From: Candidatus Saccharimonadota bacterium
GTDB taxonomy: Bacteria; Patescibacteriota; Saccharimonadia; Saccharimonadales; JAQGHD01
Direction of reading: 5' to 3'
NCBI GenBank assembly: GCA_028288965.1
Contig: JAQGHD010000027.1
Location: 1 to 52,582 of the forward strand
DNA: 52,582 bases
Numbering within the stretch: position 1 is the first letter of the stretch; every line of letters starts with the position of its first letter. The translations under genes were made by a program, and so were the position numbers. Positions 39,597 through 50,943 of the stretch are shown here, in pieces. The notes under the pieces were generated by a model. It had not been told where the DNA came from and did no database searches. It saw nothing but the letters and a program-made list of their open reading frames with translations.

Positions 39597-40649
39597 ATGG
39601 AAGTAAAGAATATTATGCAGCGCCATGCCAAGTGGCAAAAAATCTTTGTCGGGACTCTAGCGACTGTACTTATTCTGGGTATTGGCAGTATTTTAGTGGT
39701 CAGAAAGGTGTATCACCAGAACTTGCAACCAGCTAGCGCCTCACAACATTCGCGCATTGTCAGCGTGCCGCTTGGTTCATCGCCACACACTATTGCAGTC
39801 TTGCTGCAGCAAAAGGGGATTATCCGCAGTAGTTGGGCCTTTGAGTGGTATATCCGTAGCCACGAAGTCCAAGATCAACTCAAGGCTGGCAGTTATGAAT
39901 TGCGGCCCAGCCAGGCCGTGGCCGATATCGTCAACGTTTTGACCAACGGCAAGATCGCCACTAACTTAGTTACCATTTTGCCGGCCCAGCGAATTGATCA
40001 AATTCAGAGGTCTCTGGTAAACGCTGGTTTTTCAGAAGCCGACGTCACTGCCGCCCTCAACCCAGCCAATTATCCAGATCATCCGGCCTTGGTTGATAAA
40101 CCTGCCGGTGCTAGCTTAGAAGGTTATTTATATCCCGAATCTTTCCAGAAAACTGCTGCCACCAGCCCCAAAGAAATTGTGCATAAAAGCTTAGACGAAA
40201 TGCAAAAGCGCTTGACTCCGGATATTCGCAATGCTTTTACCAGGAACGGTTTATCAGTTCATCAAGGCATTATTCTGGCCTCAATTGTCGAGCAAGAAGT
40301 CTCCACGACCGGTGACCGCGGCCGAGTCGCCCAAGTATTTTATAGCCGGATGCGTCAAAACATGCCGCTCCAGTCTGATGTGACGGCCTTTTATGGTGCA
40401 CATGTCAATGGCCAACCCAACTCCACTAGTTATGACTCACCGTATAACACCTATTTGCATCCAGGTCTTCCAGCCGGCCCCATAAGTAATGTCAGCCAAA
40501 GTTCACTACAAGCGGTGGCCTTTCCGGCTGCCACCGATTTCTTATACTTTGTAGCCGGTGATGATGGTGTCACGCACTTCTCACATACCCAAGCCGAGCA
40601 CGAGGCTCTGGTCAAGCAATACTGCCACAAACTCTGTAGCGGCCAGTAA
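39597..40649 (+). CDS. mltG: Endolytic transglycosylase
   Basis: LEGYLYPES, LASIVEQE, LQSD.T, SPYNTY..GLPAGPI and LYFVA. Confidence 0.93.
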   Translation: MEVKNIMQRHAKWQKIFVGTLATVLILGIGSILVVRKVYHQNLQPASASQHSRIVSVPLGSSPHTIAVLLQQKGIIRSSWAFEWYIRSHEVQDQLKAGSYELRPSQAVADIVNVLTNGKIATNLVTILPAQRIDQIQRSLVNAGFSEADVTAALNPANYPDHPALVDKPAGASLEGYLYPESFQKTAATSPKEIVHKSLDEMQKRLTPDIRNAFTRNGLSVHQGIILASIVEQEVSTTGDRGRVAQVFYSRMRQNMPLQSDVTAFYGAHVNGQPNSTSYDSPYNTYLHPGLPAGPISNVSQSSLQAVAFPAATDFLYFVAGDDGVTHFSHTQAEHEALVKQYCHKLCSGQ

Positions 40650-40796
40650 CAGGGGTTACCTCTGTTATGACGGGTTGTTTTGGGTAGGGGTGGGTGGTAA
40701 AATGTGGATTGCAACCCGTTGTTATTTTGCGGCTTCAACAGGTTGTGACCTCAGGGAGCAGTCTATTAGATAGTTAGGCAAGATTGGTCGACTTTC

Positions 40797-42005
40797 TTGC
40801 GAGATATAAATGTAATTAATTGCTTCCCTTGTTTGTGTTCAAAAACACACGGAGTAGATATTCGTACCCAAACTCAAGTGCTTGATCGAACTGATCCTTC
40901 CAGATTGAGCACCATTCAAGCAAGTTCAATTTATAAGCGTACATTCGGGCGCCTGTACAAACGCTCCCGACGACGACTTGTTCGTTACGGTATTTTAACT
41001 GCCAACTTGGTGGTTGTAGCTGTGGTGATTGGCTTTGTCGTCAATACTCCCAGCAGTTCGCCAACGGCCAGCAAGAGTCCATTAGCTTTAACGGCGCCTG
41101 CTGAAGCGGCTGCTAGCCCGGTGGATCAAATCTCCTCAGCTGATATTGCTGTAAACGTGGCCCGTATGGCTCGATTAGATGAGGCTACGTCTGTAGCCAA
41201 CAAAGCCGATACGGTTAATGCCCAATTGGCTATTGCCCCAGCCGAGAGCAGTATTCTGGCCAAGCCAGAAATTATTACTACCAGCCTTAAATCGCGGAAA
41301 GATATTAAGCATTATGTAACTGTGGCTGGCGACACGGTGAGTAGCTTGGCCACCAAGTTTGGTATCACCTCCGATACTATTCGTTGGTCAAATGGTTTGT
41401 CTGGCGACACCATACAGGCCGGCAAGGACATTCTTATTTCGCCCATTAACGGGGTGGTCTACTTAGTAAAACCAGGCGATACTGCCGATAGCGTAGCTGC
41501 CAAGTATCATGCTGACAAAGCCCATCTGGTAGCTTTTAATGACGTTGAGCTATCTGGCTTGCCGGTTGGCGAACTTGTTGTGGTTCCGAATGGTGTGCAA
41601 GTTACTACCACAGCTCGGGCTTCCAGTTTTAGTGGTAGTGGGGGCTTTGCCTGGGGCGGTTTTTCCCCGGTCTACGGTGGCAACGGTTATGATTATGGCT
41701 ACTGCACCTGGTGGGCCGCTGTTCGGCGGGCTCAAATTGGGCGCCCCGTTCCCAGCAACTTAGGTAATGCCAGTACCTGGAAGGTACTGTCTCAGCGTGC
41801 CGGACTTGGTGTTGGCACCAAACCAGCCGCCGGTGCAATTATCTGGTATCCACCTCGTGATTTTTACGGTCACGTGGGCTTTGTTGAATCAGTTGATCCC
41901 GATGGCACTGTTCATACTTCAGAAATGAATGTTAATGGTTGGGCCCGAGTTAGTTATCGAACCATCGGCCCCGCCGAAGCCGGCAACTACTGGTACATTT
42001 ATTAG
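40797..42005 (+). CDS. LysM-LysM-CHAP peptidoglycan hydrolase (start codon uncertain)
   Basis: One TM, two LysM repeats (GDTVSSLATKFG, GDTADSVAAKY), CHAP motifs GYCTWW and GHVGFVE..SEMN. Confidence 0.9.
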   Translation: MRDINVINCFPCLCSKTHGVDIRTQTQVLDRTDPSRLSTIQASSIYKRTFGRLYKRSRRRLVRYGILTANLVVVAVVIGFVVNTPSSSPTASKSPLALTAPAEAAASPVDQISSADIAVNVARMARLDEATSVANKADTVNAQLAIAPAESSILAKPEIITTSLKSRKDIKHYVTVAGDTVSSLATKFGITSDTIRWSNGLSGDTIQAGKDILISPINGVVYLVKPGDTADSVAAKYHADKAHLVAFNDVELSGLPVGELVVVPNGVQVTTTARASSFSGSGGFAWGGFSPVYGGNGYDYGYCTWWAAVRRAQIGRPVPSNLGNASTWKVLSQRAGLGVGTKPAAGAIIWYPPRDFYGHVGFVESVDPDGTVHTSEMNVNGWARVSYRTIGPAEAGNYWYIY

Positions 42006-42008
42006 CCT

Positions 42009-42146
42009 CTAACTCGCATCTTGTTTGTAAGAACTTGGCCGAAGTGGAGCCGGGTCGGTAGATCTGCGGAGATGCTACTCTTTGGAGCAGCTCAGGCAGG
42101 CTACCGTCCGCGCGTGAACGGTTCTTACAGGCAAGATGCGAGTTAG
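42009..42146 (+). ncRNA. Candidate long rod-shaped structured RNA (6S-like architecture)
   Basis: 26-bp closing stem (42009-42034/42121-42146) with two U-G pairs, an internal bubble and an apical stem CGGTAG/CTACCG. Confidence 0.4.
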
Positions 42147-42187
42147 CGGTAGCCTTTCACCTCTGTTTGCGGTAGACTAGTGTTGTA

Positions 42188-43462
42188 ATGTTTGTAGATA
42201 AGGCCAAGGTTGAGGTTTGTGGTGGTGATGGCGGCAATGGTGCCGTCAGTTTTCGTCATGAGAAATTTGTGGACCGGGGTGGCCCTGATGGGGGAGATGG
42301 CGGCAATGGTGGTGACGTGGTGTTTGAGGCTAGCCGGAACGAAAACACGCTAGCTAACTTTCGCTACCAACGTTCACTTGAAGCTCCGCCCGGCAAGCCT
42401 GGGCTTAAGAGCCACAAGCACGGCCGAAGTGGTAAAGACCTGGTTGTAAAAGTGCCGATTGGCACAGTGGTGCTTGATAGTGAAGAAAACATCTTGGCCG
42501 ATTTAGTTGATGATGACCAACAAGCGATTATTGCCAAGGGCGGAAAAGGCGGGTTTGGCAATGCTCACTTTATATCCTCTGTTCGTCAGGCGCCGCGAGT
42601 AGCCGAAAAGGGAGAACTAGGTGATCGACTAGATGTTAACTTAGAACTTAAGATGATTGCCGATGTGGGGTTGGTGGGGCAGCCCAATGCGGGCAAATCT
42701 ACGCTCCTAGCCACCCTCAGCAACGCCCGGCCAGAAATTGCCGATTATCCGTTTACAACCTTGCGGCCCAACCTGGGCGTGGTCGAGGTAGACAAGCACA
42801 CCAGCTTATTGTTTGCCGACATCCCTGGCCTTATAGCGGGCGCTAGCGAAGGCAAGGGTCTGGGTGATGATTTTTTGCGTCATGTAGAGCGCACCAATGT
42901 GTTAATTCATTTAATTGATATTTACCAGGACGATGTAGTTGACACCTATAAGACCATTCAAAAAGAATTGGCCTCATACAAAATTAATTTGTCTAAACGC
43001 CCGCAAATCGTGGTGATTAACAAAGTAGAAGGGCTGGATCAAGATATTGTTGATGACAAAATCAGCAGCTTACGAAAAGTGGTGCCAAAAACTACTAAAA
43101 TTATGGCTATCTCGGCCCAAAGCAAGCAGGGCGTTCAAGAATTGCTATACGTCGTAAAAAAACTGGTAGAAAAAACGCGCCAGGCCGAAGCTAAAAAGAC
43201 AGCCAAAAACTCGCTACCGGTTATTCGTCTGACCGAAACCGATGATGCCTGGCAGGTGAGCCAAGCCGACGACGGCTTTAAGGTTACCGGCAAGAAGATT
43301 GAGCGCTTTGCAATGCGGACGGATTTTGCCAGCCCTTTTGCTATAGAACGCTTGCGTGACATCATGCGTAAGATGGGCATACTCAACCAGCTCGAGCGCC
43401 AAGGCATCAACCCTGGCCAAAAGATCACCATCGGCAATTCCATCGGCAATATCGAGTACTAA
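42188..43462 (+). CDS. obgE: GTPase Obg
   Basis: MFVD, Gly-rich GGPDGGDGG, GQPNAGKST, YPFTTL, DIPGLI and NKVE. Confidence 0.97.
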   Translation: MFVDKAKVEVCGGDGGNGAVSFRHEKFVDRGGPDGGDGGNGGDVVFEASRNENTLANFRYQRSLEAPPGKPGLKSHKHGRSGKDLVVKVPIGTVVLDSEENILADLVDDDQQAIIAKGGKGGFGNAHFISSVRQAPRVAEKGELGDRLDVNLELKMIADVGLVGQPNAGKSTLLATLSNARPEIADYPFTTLRPNLGVVEVDKHTSLLFADIPGLIAGASEGKGLGDDFLRHVERTNVLIHLIDIYQDDVVDTYKTIQKELASYKINLSKRPQIVVINKVEGLDQDIVDDKISSLRKVVPKTTKIMAISAQSKQGVQELLYVVKKLVEKTRQAEAKKTAKNSLPVIRLTETDDAWQVSQADDGFKVTGKKIERFAMRTDFASPFAIERLRDIMRKMGILNQLERQGINPGQKITIGNSIGNIEY

Positions 43463-43495
43463 TTCAGGTTACGGGCCACCTGTTACACTATTATT

Positions 43496-44935
43496 ATGGC
43501 CAACACGTTTTATTTTTATGACTTAGAAACCTCGGGAGTGAGCCCCAAAGAGGCTCGGATTATGCAATTTGCTGGCCAAAGGACAGACATGGAACTTAAC
43601 CCAATTGGGCCACCGCATAATTTTTATATAAAATTCCCTCGTGACTCGTTGCCGGAGCCCGTTGCCATATTCATAACCGGCATTACGCCTCAGAAGGCCA
43701 TAGCCGACGGCATAACCGAAGCCGAGTTTCTAAAGATATTCGATAGCCAAATCGCTACCCCAGAGACCATCATGGTGGGATTTAATACGCTGCGCTTTGA
43801 CGACGAGTTTATGCGCTACTTACGCTACCGCAACTTTTACGATGCCTATGAGTGGGGATGGAAAGATGGCCGATCCCGCTGGGATTTGCTGGATATGGTT
43901 CGTATGGTCCGCGCGCTCAGGCCAAGTGATATTAAGTGGCCATTTAATAGTGACGGTCAACCGACCAATCGCCTGGAGCTGCTAACGGCCCTCAATAAGC
44001 TCTCGCACGATAACGCGCACGATGCCTTAAACGATGTCTATGCCTCTATCGCGGTGGCTAAACTCATGAAGGATAAGCAGCCCAAGCTGTTCGATTTTTT
44101 GCTAAACATGCGCACTAAACAAGCGGTCGCAAAGCTGGTTCACGCCGGTCAGCCGTATCTGTACACTTCGGGCCGCTACGCCAATGAATTTGAAAAAACT
44201 ACCGTAGTGGCCACCTTGGCCGATCATCCGGACAAGCAAGCGGCATTTGTGTTTGACTTGCGCTATGATCCAACCCCATTTGCTAAACTCAAACCGGATG
44301 CCATGGTAGAAGCCTGGCGTCGAAAAAAGGGAGAGACTGGTCCACGCTTGCCCGTTAAAACAATTACCTTTAATCGCTGTCCGGCAATTGCTCCGCTGTC
44401 AGTGCTGGATGAGGCCAGCCAAAAACGGCTTAAGCTCAATCCCCAAACTATTGCCAAAAACTTTAAGGCCCTACAGGAAGTTAAGGATGAGTTGGTACCA
44501 AACATGCTAGCGGCCCTGAGACTGATCACCAAAAAGCAGCAACTTAAATTTATGCAGGATGATCAAGTTGTCGATAATTTACTGTACGACGGTTTTTTTG
44601 AACCAGCCGATCAAAAGCGGATGGCCGAAGTGAGATCGGCCGATCCGCAAAAGCTAAAAGAACTGACGCTCGACTTTGAAGATTCCCGGCTGCAAGCCCT
44701 GCTGCCATTGTATAAAGCTCGCAATTTCCCACAATCGTTAACCAATGCCGAGCAAAAGATTTGGGAGAACTACCGGACCCAAAAGTTACTCCAGGGTAAG
44801 CGCAGTAATCGTCTAGTGCGCTTTTATAAGCAGTTGGATGATATGAAAAAGAAGGGCCAGCTCACCGATCACCAAAAGTACTTGCTAGAAGAGTTACGTC
44901 TGTTTGCCGAAAGCATTATGCCGGTTGAGGCTTAA
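43496..44935 (+). CDS. sbcB: Exodeoxyribonuclease I
   Basis: FYDLETSG, QFAGQRTD, GFNTLRFDDE, SRWDLLD, AHDALNDV and LYKARNFP. Confidence 0.93.
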   Translation: MANTFYFYDLETSGVSPKEARIMQFAGQRTDMELNPIGPPHNFYIKFPRDSLPEPVAIFITGITPQKAIADGITEAEFLKIFDSQIATPETIMVGFNTLRFDDEFMRYLRYRNFYDAYEWGWKDGRSRWDLLDMVRMVRALRPSDIKWPFNSDGQPTNRLELLTALNKLSHDNAHDALNDVYASIAVAKLMKDKQPKLFDFLLNMRTKQAVAKLVHAGQPYLYTSGRYANEFEKTTVVATLADHPDKQAAFVFDLRYDPTPFAKLKPDAMVEAWRRKKGETGPRLPVKTITFNRCPAIAPLSVLDEASQKRLKLNPQTIAKNFKALQEVKDELVPNMLAALRLITKKQQLKFMQDDQVVDNLLYDGFFEPADQKRMAEVRSADPQKLKELTLDFEDSRLQALLPLYKARNFPQSLTNAEQKIWENYRTQKLLQGKRSNRLVRFYKQLDDMKKKGQLTDHQKYLLEELRLFAESIMPVEA

Positions 44936-44985
44936 TCTCTACGCTCGTTTTACTTCATTTACCCATTCACGTACAGTATCGTCGT

Positions 44986-45585
44986 ATGAAGGAACAGAAA
45001 TTTAGTGACCAATTAGAGCAATGGCTCCACGGTAAATCGCCCAAGACGCTCGATTCCTTAGAACAAGTGTTTCGTGAGCGTAGCTTTGCCATAATTATTT
45101 TGCTACTGATGTTCTTGCCGTCACTGCCGCTGCCTACTGGCGGTATTACCCATGTTTTTGAAATTATTTCTATGTTACTGGCCCTAGAAATGATTGCTGG
45201 CCGAACAACGCTCTGGGTCCCTAAGCGCTGGCGTCATCGAAAGTTAGGGCAGCGAACCGTGAATAAGGCCTTGCCATTTATTATGCGTAGGATTCGCTGG
45301 TTTGAGAAATTTTCACGTCCCAGACTGAAAGGAATGTTAGACAATCATAACTTTTTGCGTCTGGCTGGGCTGCTGCTATTTGTATTTAGCCTGGCGGCTT
45401 TTTTGTCGCCGCCATTTTCTGGGCTGGATACGCTGCCCTCGCTGGGCGCGGTAGTCATTGCCTTGTCTTTGATATTGGGTGACACAATACTTTTTATTGC
45501 CGGGTGCATTGTTGGACTTGGCGGCATTGCGCTCATTATTGGCCTGGGCACAGCCGTTACTAGTGTTTTTAAACACATTTTTTAA
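44986..45585 (+). CDS. exoD: ExoD family membrane protein
   Basis: ERSFAIIILLLMFLPSLP, LWVPKRW, FEKFSRPRL and DTLPS. Confidence 0.8.
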   Translation: MKEQKFSDQLEQWLHGKSPKTLDSLEQVFRERSFAIIILLLMFLPSLPLPTGGITHVFEIISMLLALEMIAGRTTLWVPKRWRHRKLGQRTVNKALPFIMRRIRWFEKFSRPRLKGMLDNHNFLRLAGLLLFVFSLAAFLSPPFSGLDTLPSLGAVVIALSLILGDTILFIAGCIVGLGGIALIIGLGTAVTSVFKHIF

Positions 45586-45718
45586 GCAGCCTAGGCTTTT
45601 TTGCCTACGTTTTCTCTATAAAAAACCTCGTCTAAAGCACAACAGACAGCTTTTATCATAACTGCTAATGTAAAAGTATTAGAATTCTCACAAAGAGTGT
45701 AAGAACACAGGAGGGACT

Positions 45719-46483
45719 ATGCCAAGAAGAGGGAATATTATGCCACGAGGCTCCCTTCCTCCCAGCATTTCCTCACGCACGCCCGGCCTTGGTGCTTTTC
45801 ACGCCCTAGATTTCGAAAGCCAAGAGGATAGTAACGTCGATTTCTCAGCGGTGATGGCCAGTCTGGAAGCTAACCTAGAAGATGCCCATGGTTTTAAGAC
45901 CCACCAACACAATCAAGTAGCGGCTACTGACCCAAAACCGCCAGCCGCTACTCATGGTCACCAACCCCGGGCCAAGCTGCCTGTAAAACTCTATCATCCG
46001 GAACATATGCGTTTAAAAGTTTTGGAGCGGCGCTTATCTAAAGATTATGCCCAGCAACACCGCTTGTACTGGAATAAAAATGACATGGGCCAAATACGTG
46101 GCGAGATCGCCAACTCCCTAGCTCGGCTGGAAATGAGCCATGGTCCGTTCGAGGTAGTATTTACTGGCATTGCCCGGGTTGGTGATGCTGAGAAAAATGA
46201 ATATGGCGGCCGCAAACTGGCTTTTGTGCCTGAGGTTACGAGTGCTGCCGCTGAGTTTTTATGTGACGAGCACGAAATCTGCGTCGACGGTTTATCTAAA
46301 CGGCTCAGTCGGTTTCGCTATCCATATGATGAGTACATGGCTAAACAAATGTTTGCTCGGGTTGATAGGCGCGAACCAGAGTCGGTGGTTCGCGACGTGA
46401 TTGATGCAGCCCATGCACTTTTACCGGTTACGGTTACCTATCTACCGCTTGAGTTCTATGCCAACCAGTCGTTTAGAGCCTAG
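45719..46483 (+). CDS. Hypothetical protein
   Basis: 254-aa ORF with an AGGAGGG SD; no family recognised. Confidence 0.6.
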   Translation: MPRRGNIMPRGSLPPSISSRTPGLGAFHALDFESQEDSNVDFSAVMASLEANLEDAHGFKTHQHNQVAATDPKPPAATHGHQPRAKLPVKLYHPEHMRLKVLERRLSKDYAQQHRLYWNKNDMGQIRGEIANSLARLEMSHGPFEVVFTGIARVGDAEKNEYGGRKLAFVPEVTSAAAEFLCDEHEICVDGLSKRLSRFRYPYDEYMAKQMFARVDRREPESVVRDVIDAAHALLPVTVTYLPLEFYANQSFRA

Positions 46484-46527
46484 ACACTGGATTTTATCTC
46501 TGTTTTCATGTATAATTCTTGGACTTT

Positions 46528-49359
46528 ATGCATGACGAAATTGTAGTCAAGGGAGCTCGGGAGCACAACCTCAAAAACGTGGACGTGACTATCCCGCGAG
46601 GCAAGCTGGTAGTGATTACCGGTCTATCCGGGTCGGGTAAATCCAGCTTAGCCTTTGATACTATTTATGCCGAAGGCCAACGCCGCTACGTAGAAAGTCT
46701 GAGTTCTTATGCCCGCCAATTCTTGGGCCTGATGGAAAAGCCTGACGTTGACCAAATTGATGGCCTGAGCCCGGCAATTAGTATTGATCAAAAATCTACC
46801 AGCCGGAATCCCCGCTCGACGGTGGCCACGGTGACCGAAATTTACGATTATTTGCGTTTGTTATTTGCGCGCGTTGGCGTGCCGCACTGTCCGGTGTGTG
46901 GCAAACCAGTGGTTCGCCAAACTTCCACGGCCATTGTTGATCAAGTGGTGGCTCTGGCACCCGGTGCTCGCTTGATGATCTTGGCCCCAGTGGTCATTGA
47001 TAAAAAGGGTGCCTTTGAGCATATTCCCGAGCAATTTATGCGGGCTGGTTTTGCTCGTGCCCGAGTAGATGGCGTGGTCTACTCTCTTGATGAATTTCCG
47101 ACGCTTGATAAAAACTACAAGCACAATATTGAAATTGTAGTCGACCGGTTGGTGAACGATAAAGAAAGCCTTGGCCGGCTGAGCCAATCGTTGGAGCAAG
47201 CGCTGGATATCGCCGAAGGCCGAGCCAAAGTCCTCAATGCCGACAGCAACCAAGAGCATACTTACAGCCTCATGTACGCCTGTGTTGATCATCCCGATGT
47301 GTCTATTCCAGAGCTCGAGCCTCGAACCTTTAGCTTTAACAGTCCACATGGCGCCTGTCCGGTCTGTACCGGCCTAGGCAGCCGATTAGAGGTTGATCCA
47401 GAACTCGTAATTCCCAATGGCCGGCTGACCATAGCCGAGGGCGCCATTCGTCCGTTTAACCGCATTAACACCGATGCTTGGTACACTAAAAAGATTCAGG
47501 CGGTGGCCGATCGCTACGGCTTTAGTTTGCATGTGCCGACCAGCGAGCTTAAGAACGAAGACTTAGACAGGCTGATGTACGGCACTGGCAGTGAGAAATA
47601 CCGGGTCAGTTTAGGCCTGGGCCGTTCGTTTGAAACGACCTACGAGGGTGTGGTGCCTAACTTAGAGCGTCGGCATAAAGAAACCGAGAGTGATTTTATC
47701 CGTCGAGACATTGAGCGCTTTATGCAGGAACGTCCCTGTCATGCCTGTAACGGACTGCGCCTCAAGCCCGAAGTTTTAGCGGTAACGGTTGCCGACAAAT
47801 CTATTATGGATCTGTGTCAACTTAGTATCGACGAGGCGCTGACTTTCTTTAGCCAGCTAAAACTCAATGCCAAGGATGCCCACATTGCGGAGCTTATCTT
47901 AAAAGAAATTTGTGCCCGTCTGCAGTTCTTACAAGACGTGGGCCTAAACTACCTTAACTTGCTGCGCAGTGCCGTGACGCTGTCTGGCGGGGAAGCCCAG
48001 CGCATCCGCCTAGCTACTCAAATTGGATCGGGATTAATGGGTGTTCTGTACGTGCTGGATGAACCAAGCATTGGCTTGCACCAGCGCGATAACGCCAAGC
48101 TCATTGCCACCCTTAAGCACCTGCGCGATTTAGGTAATACCGTCATTGTGGTGGAACACGACGAAGAAACGATTCGGACAGCTGACTTTTTACTCGACAT
48201 TGGCCCAGGAGCCGGTATCCACGGCGGTGAGATTGTAGCTGTCGGCAAACCCAGCGAGGTAGCCAGGGTGGAAAAAAGTATTACCGGCCAATACCTACTC
48301 GGCAAAAAAGTCATTGCCACACCCAAAAAACGACGTGAAGGTAATGGCAAAAAGTTGCTCATTCGCGGTGCCCGCGAAAACAATTTACGCAATATTAATG
48401 TGGAGCTGCCTCTAGGAAAAATGGTGGTAGTCAGTGGAGTATCTGGTTCTGGAAAATCCAGCCTCATCAATGACATTTTAGCTAAAGAGCTTTCAGCCCG
48501 CTTGCATCGGGCTAACACTGTACCAGGCCGGCATGACGACATAGAAGGCATAGAGCATTTAGATAAAGCCATTATTATTGATCAATCACCAATTGGCCGC
48601 ACGCCACGTTCCAACCCAGCCACTTACACTGGTTTATTTACGCCAATTCGCGAGCTGTTTGCCAGTACCCCAGAAGCCAAGTTGCGTGGCTACAGCCCAG
48701 GCCGCTTTAGCTTTAACGTGCGCGGCGGTCGCTGTGAAAACTGTGCCGGGGATGGCATTATCAAAATAGAAATGCATTTCTTGCCTGACGTTTACGTCCC
48801 CTGTGAAGTCTGTCACGGTAAGCGCTATAACCGCGAAGCTTTAGAGATTCATTACAAGGGCAAGACTATCAGTGACGTTCTGGAAATGACCTGCGAGACA
48901 GCGCTGGCCTTCTTTGAAAACGTACCATCAATAGCCCGCAAGCTCCAAACTCTGGTGGATGTGGGCCTGGGCTACATAGCGCTCGGTCAACCAGCCACCA
49001 CCTTATCTGGTGGTGAAGCTCAGCGTATTAAGCTAGCCACCGAGCTATCACGCCGCCCCACTGGCCGCACATTGTATATCCTAGATGAGCCAACCACTGG
49101 CCTGCACATGGCCGATGTGGAAAAACTCCTGCAAGTTTTGCATGCTTTAGTTGAGGCTGGCAACAGCATGATTGTTATTGAACATAACTTAGACGTCATT
49201 AAGTCGGCCGATCATATTATTGATATGGGCCCAGAAGGCGGCAATGGTGGCGGCCTGGTGGTGGCCGAAGGTACTCCCGAGCAAGTTGCTAAGGCAGCCC
49301 ATTCTTATACTGGCCAATACCTAAAGAAGACCTTAAATAAGGCCCAAAAAAGGGACTAA
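46528..49359 (+). CDS. uvrA: Excinuclease ABC subunit A
   Basis: GAREHNLKN, two Walker A motifs ([18 protein letters not shown]), LSGGEAQRI twice, Zn fingers. Confidence 0.98.
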   Translation: MHDEIVVKGAREHNLKNVDVTIPRGKLVVITGLSGSGKSSLAFDTIYAEGQRRYVESLSSYARQFLGLMEKPDVDQIDGLSPAISIDQKSTSRNPRSTVATVTEIYDYLRLLFARVGVPHCPVCGKPVVRQTSTAIVDQVVALAPGARLMILAPVVIDKKGAFEHIPEQFMRAGFARARVDGVVYSLDEFPTLDKNYKHNIEIVVDRLVNDKESLGRLSQSLEQALDIAEGRAKVLNADSNQEHTYSLMYACVDHPDVSIPELEPRTFSFNSPHGACPVCTGLGSRLEVDPELVIPNGRLTIAEGAIRPFNRINTDAWYTKKIQAVADRYGFSLHVPTSELKNEDLDRLMYGTGSEKYRVSLGLGRSFETTYEGVVPNLERRHKETESDFIRRDIERFMQERPCHACNGLRLKPEVLAVTVADKSIMDLCQLSIDEALTFFSQLKLNAKDAHIAELILKEICARLQFLQDVGLNYLNLLRSAVTLSGGEAQRIRLATQIGSGLMGVLYVLDEPSIGLHQRDNAKLIATLKHLRDLGNTVIVVEHDEETIRTADFLLDIGPGAGIHGGEIVAVGKPSEVARVEKSITGQYLLGKKVIATPKKRREGNGKKLLIRGARENNLRNINVELPLGKMVVVSGVSGSGKSSLINDILAKELSARLHRANTVPGRHDDIEGIEHLDKAIIIDQSPIGRTPRSNPATYTGLFTPIRELFASTPEAKLRGYSPGRFSFNVRGGRCENCAGDGIIKIEMHFLPDVYVPCEVCHGKRYNREALEIHYKGKTISDVLEMTCETALAFFENVPSIARKLQTLVDVGLGYIALGQPATTLSGGEAQRIKLATELSRRPTGRTLYILDEPTTGLHMADVEKLLQVLHALVEAGNSMIVIEHNLDVIKSADHIIDMGPEGGNGGGLVVAEGTPEQVAKAAHSYTGQYLKKTLNKAQKRD

Positions 49360-49361
49360 TT

Positions 49362-49985
49362 TTATTTCTTGCCTGAAAAGCGGGCGAACAATCTGCGTCT
49401 AATTTTGGGATCAGCTACCAAATGGTACACTGTTGGGCCAAACGACAGCACCATAACCAGCAAAATTATCGGCAATAAATAGCGGTCAATGTTGGGAATT
49501 TTGCTGCCCAGCCAGTAGCCCAGCAGGGTTACGCCAATGGTCCAGGTCGCGCCACCAGCAATGTTAAAGGCAGTAAATTTCTTTTGGGGCATATTACCAA
49601 TGCCGGCGACAATCGGCGCAAAGGTGCGGACAATGGGCACAAAGCGCGACAGCAAAATGGTTTTGCCGCCATGACGCTTATAAAAATCTTCGGATTTGAG
49701 CAGGTATTCCTGCCTAAACACCAGACCGTCTTGCTTACGAAACAAGCGTTTGCCAAAACGTTTGCCAATGTAATAACCACTTTCATAGCCAGCAATGGCC
49801 GCCACTAACACCAGAATTAATAGCCAACCAAGAGGCAATTTGCCTTGGGCGGCAAAAAAGCCGGCCGAAAACAACAGCGTGTCTCCAGGTAAAAAGAAAC
49901 CAACAAGTAATCCAGATTCGGCAAAAATGATTGCGGTAATGAGGAGTAAACCGCCACTTTCTATAATTGAGGCAACGCTTGGCAT
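49362..49985 (-). CDS. dedA: DedA/VTT family membrane protein
   Basis: FAESGLLVGFFLPGDTLL and RFVPIVRTFAP. Confidence 0.93.
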   Translation of the reverse strand: MPSVASIIESGGLLLITAIIFAESGLLVGFFLPGDTLLFSAGFFAAQGKLPLGWLLILVLVAAIAGYESGYYIGKRFGKRLFRKQDGLVFRQEYLLKSEDFYKRHGGKTILLSRFVPIVRTFAPIVAGIGNMPQKKFTAFNIAGGATWTIGVTLLGYWLGSKIPNIDRYLLPIILLVMVLSFGPTVYHLVADPKIRRRLFARFSGKK

Positions 49986-50076
49986 GCTGTTTACTAGACT
50001 ACAAGCATAATCTAGTCTCGTCCAGTGGACATATTTCTGTTAAAATGTATACGCATACAAGATAGTTGAGGAGCTT

Positions 50077-50799
50077 ATGCAGAACATCTCGTTAAAGTTA
50101 GAAGAACGTACGGTTGTGGGCAAAGGAATTAAAGAGCTACGTCGCCAAGGTTTGGTGCCGGCGGTTATTCATGATCACGGCAAAGAATCGGTGGTGGTTA
50201 TGGGCCCGCAAATCTCGTTACTAAAAGCCTATGGCGAGGCTGGTAAGCACCATCCGTTAAATCTAGACGTCGCTGGTAAAAAATACCTGGCGCTTATTAA
50301 AGAGACAGATTTTGAACCCAAAAAACACCAACTGCGCCACCTGGTATTCAACGCCATTAAGCAGAACGAAAAAGTTGAAGCTGAGATTCCAATTGAAATG
50401 CAGCTTGATGAAGGCAACGAAGCTACTCCAGCCGAACGCACCGGCTTAATTGTGTTGCAAGCCATGGAAGCTATTGAAGTGAAAGCTTTGCCAAACAATT
50501 TACCAGATGCACTGAAGTTTAATGGTGAGAAGTTGGTAGAAGTAGGTGATCACGCAACGGTGGCTGACTTAATTGTGCCCGAAGGTGTGGAAATAGACAG
50601 CGATCCTAACCAAACAATAGCCAGTGTTTATGAACCAAGTGCGCTGCAAGCCGCCAACGATGCTGCTGGTGGCGATGCCACAGACGATACTGCAGCTACA
50701 GCTACTGATGAAGAAGCTGTTGAAGGCGAAGAAGGCGAGACTCCTGCCGAAGGCGGCGCAGAACCTACGACAGAAGCTAGCAACTCCGACAAACCTTAA
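50077..50799 (+). CDS. rplY: 50S ribosomal protein bL25 (CTC-type)
   Basis: LRRQGLVPAVI, CTC beta domain and acidic tail. Confidence 0.9.
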   Translation: MQNISLKLEERTVVGKGIKELRRQGLVPAVIHDHGKESVVVMGPQISLLKAYGEAGKHHPLNLDVAGKKYLALIKETDFEPKKHQLRHLVFNAIKQNEKVEAEIPIEMQLDEGNEATPAERTGLIVLQAMEAIEVKALPNNLPDALKFNGEKLVEVGDHATVADLIVPEGVEIDSDPNQTIASVYEPSALQAANDAAGGDATDDTAATATDEEAVEGEEGETPAEGGAEPTTEASNSDKP

Positions 50800-50943
50800 A
50801 GAGTAATCGGCACCGATTACTTATAGGGGATTACTCTTCTAAAAAGCCGCCCGATTGGTGACTGGCTTTCCTATATTTGTAAATATTGCTACAATATCGT
50901 ACCTGTTGGGCAATCATGTTAACACTTTAGTATAATGAGTCCA

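Noticed and set aside
42007-42148. Integron attC site (CTCTAAC...GTTAGCG ends)
   Set aside because: The stem is continuous with no R/L spacer or extrahelical bases, the wobble pairs favour the top strand, the neighbours are housekeeping genes and no integrase is present.
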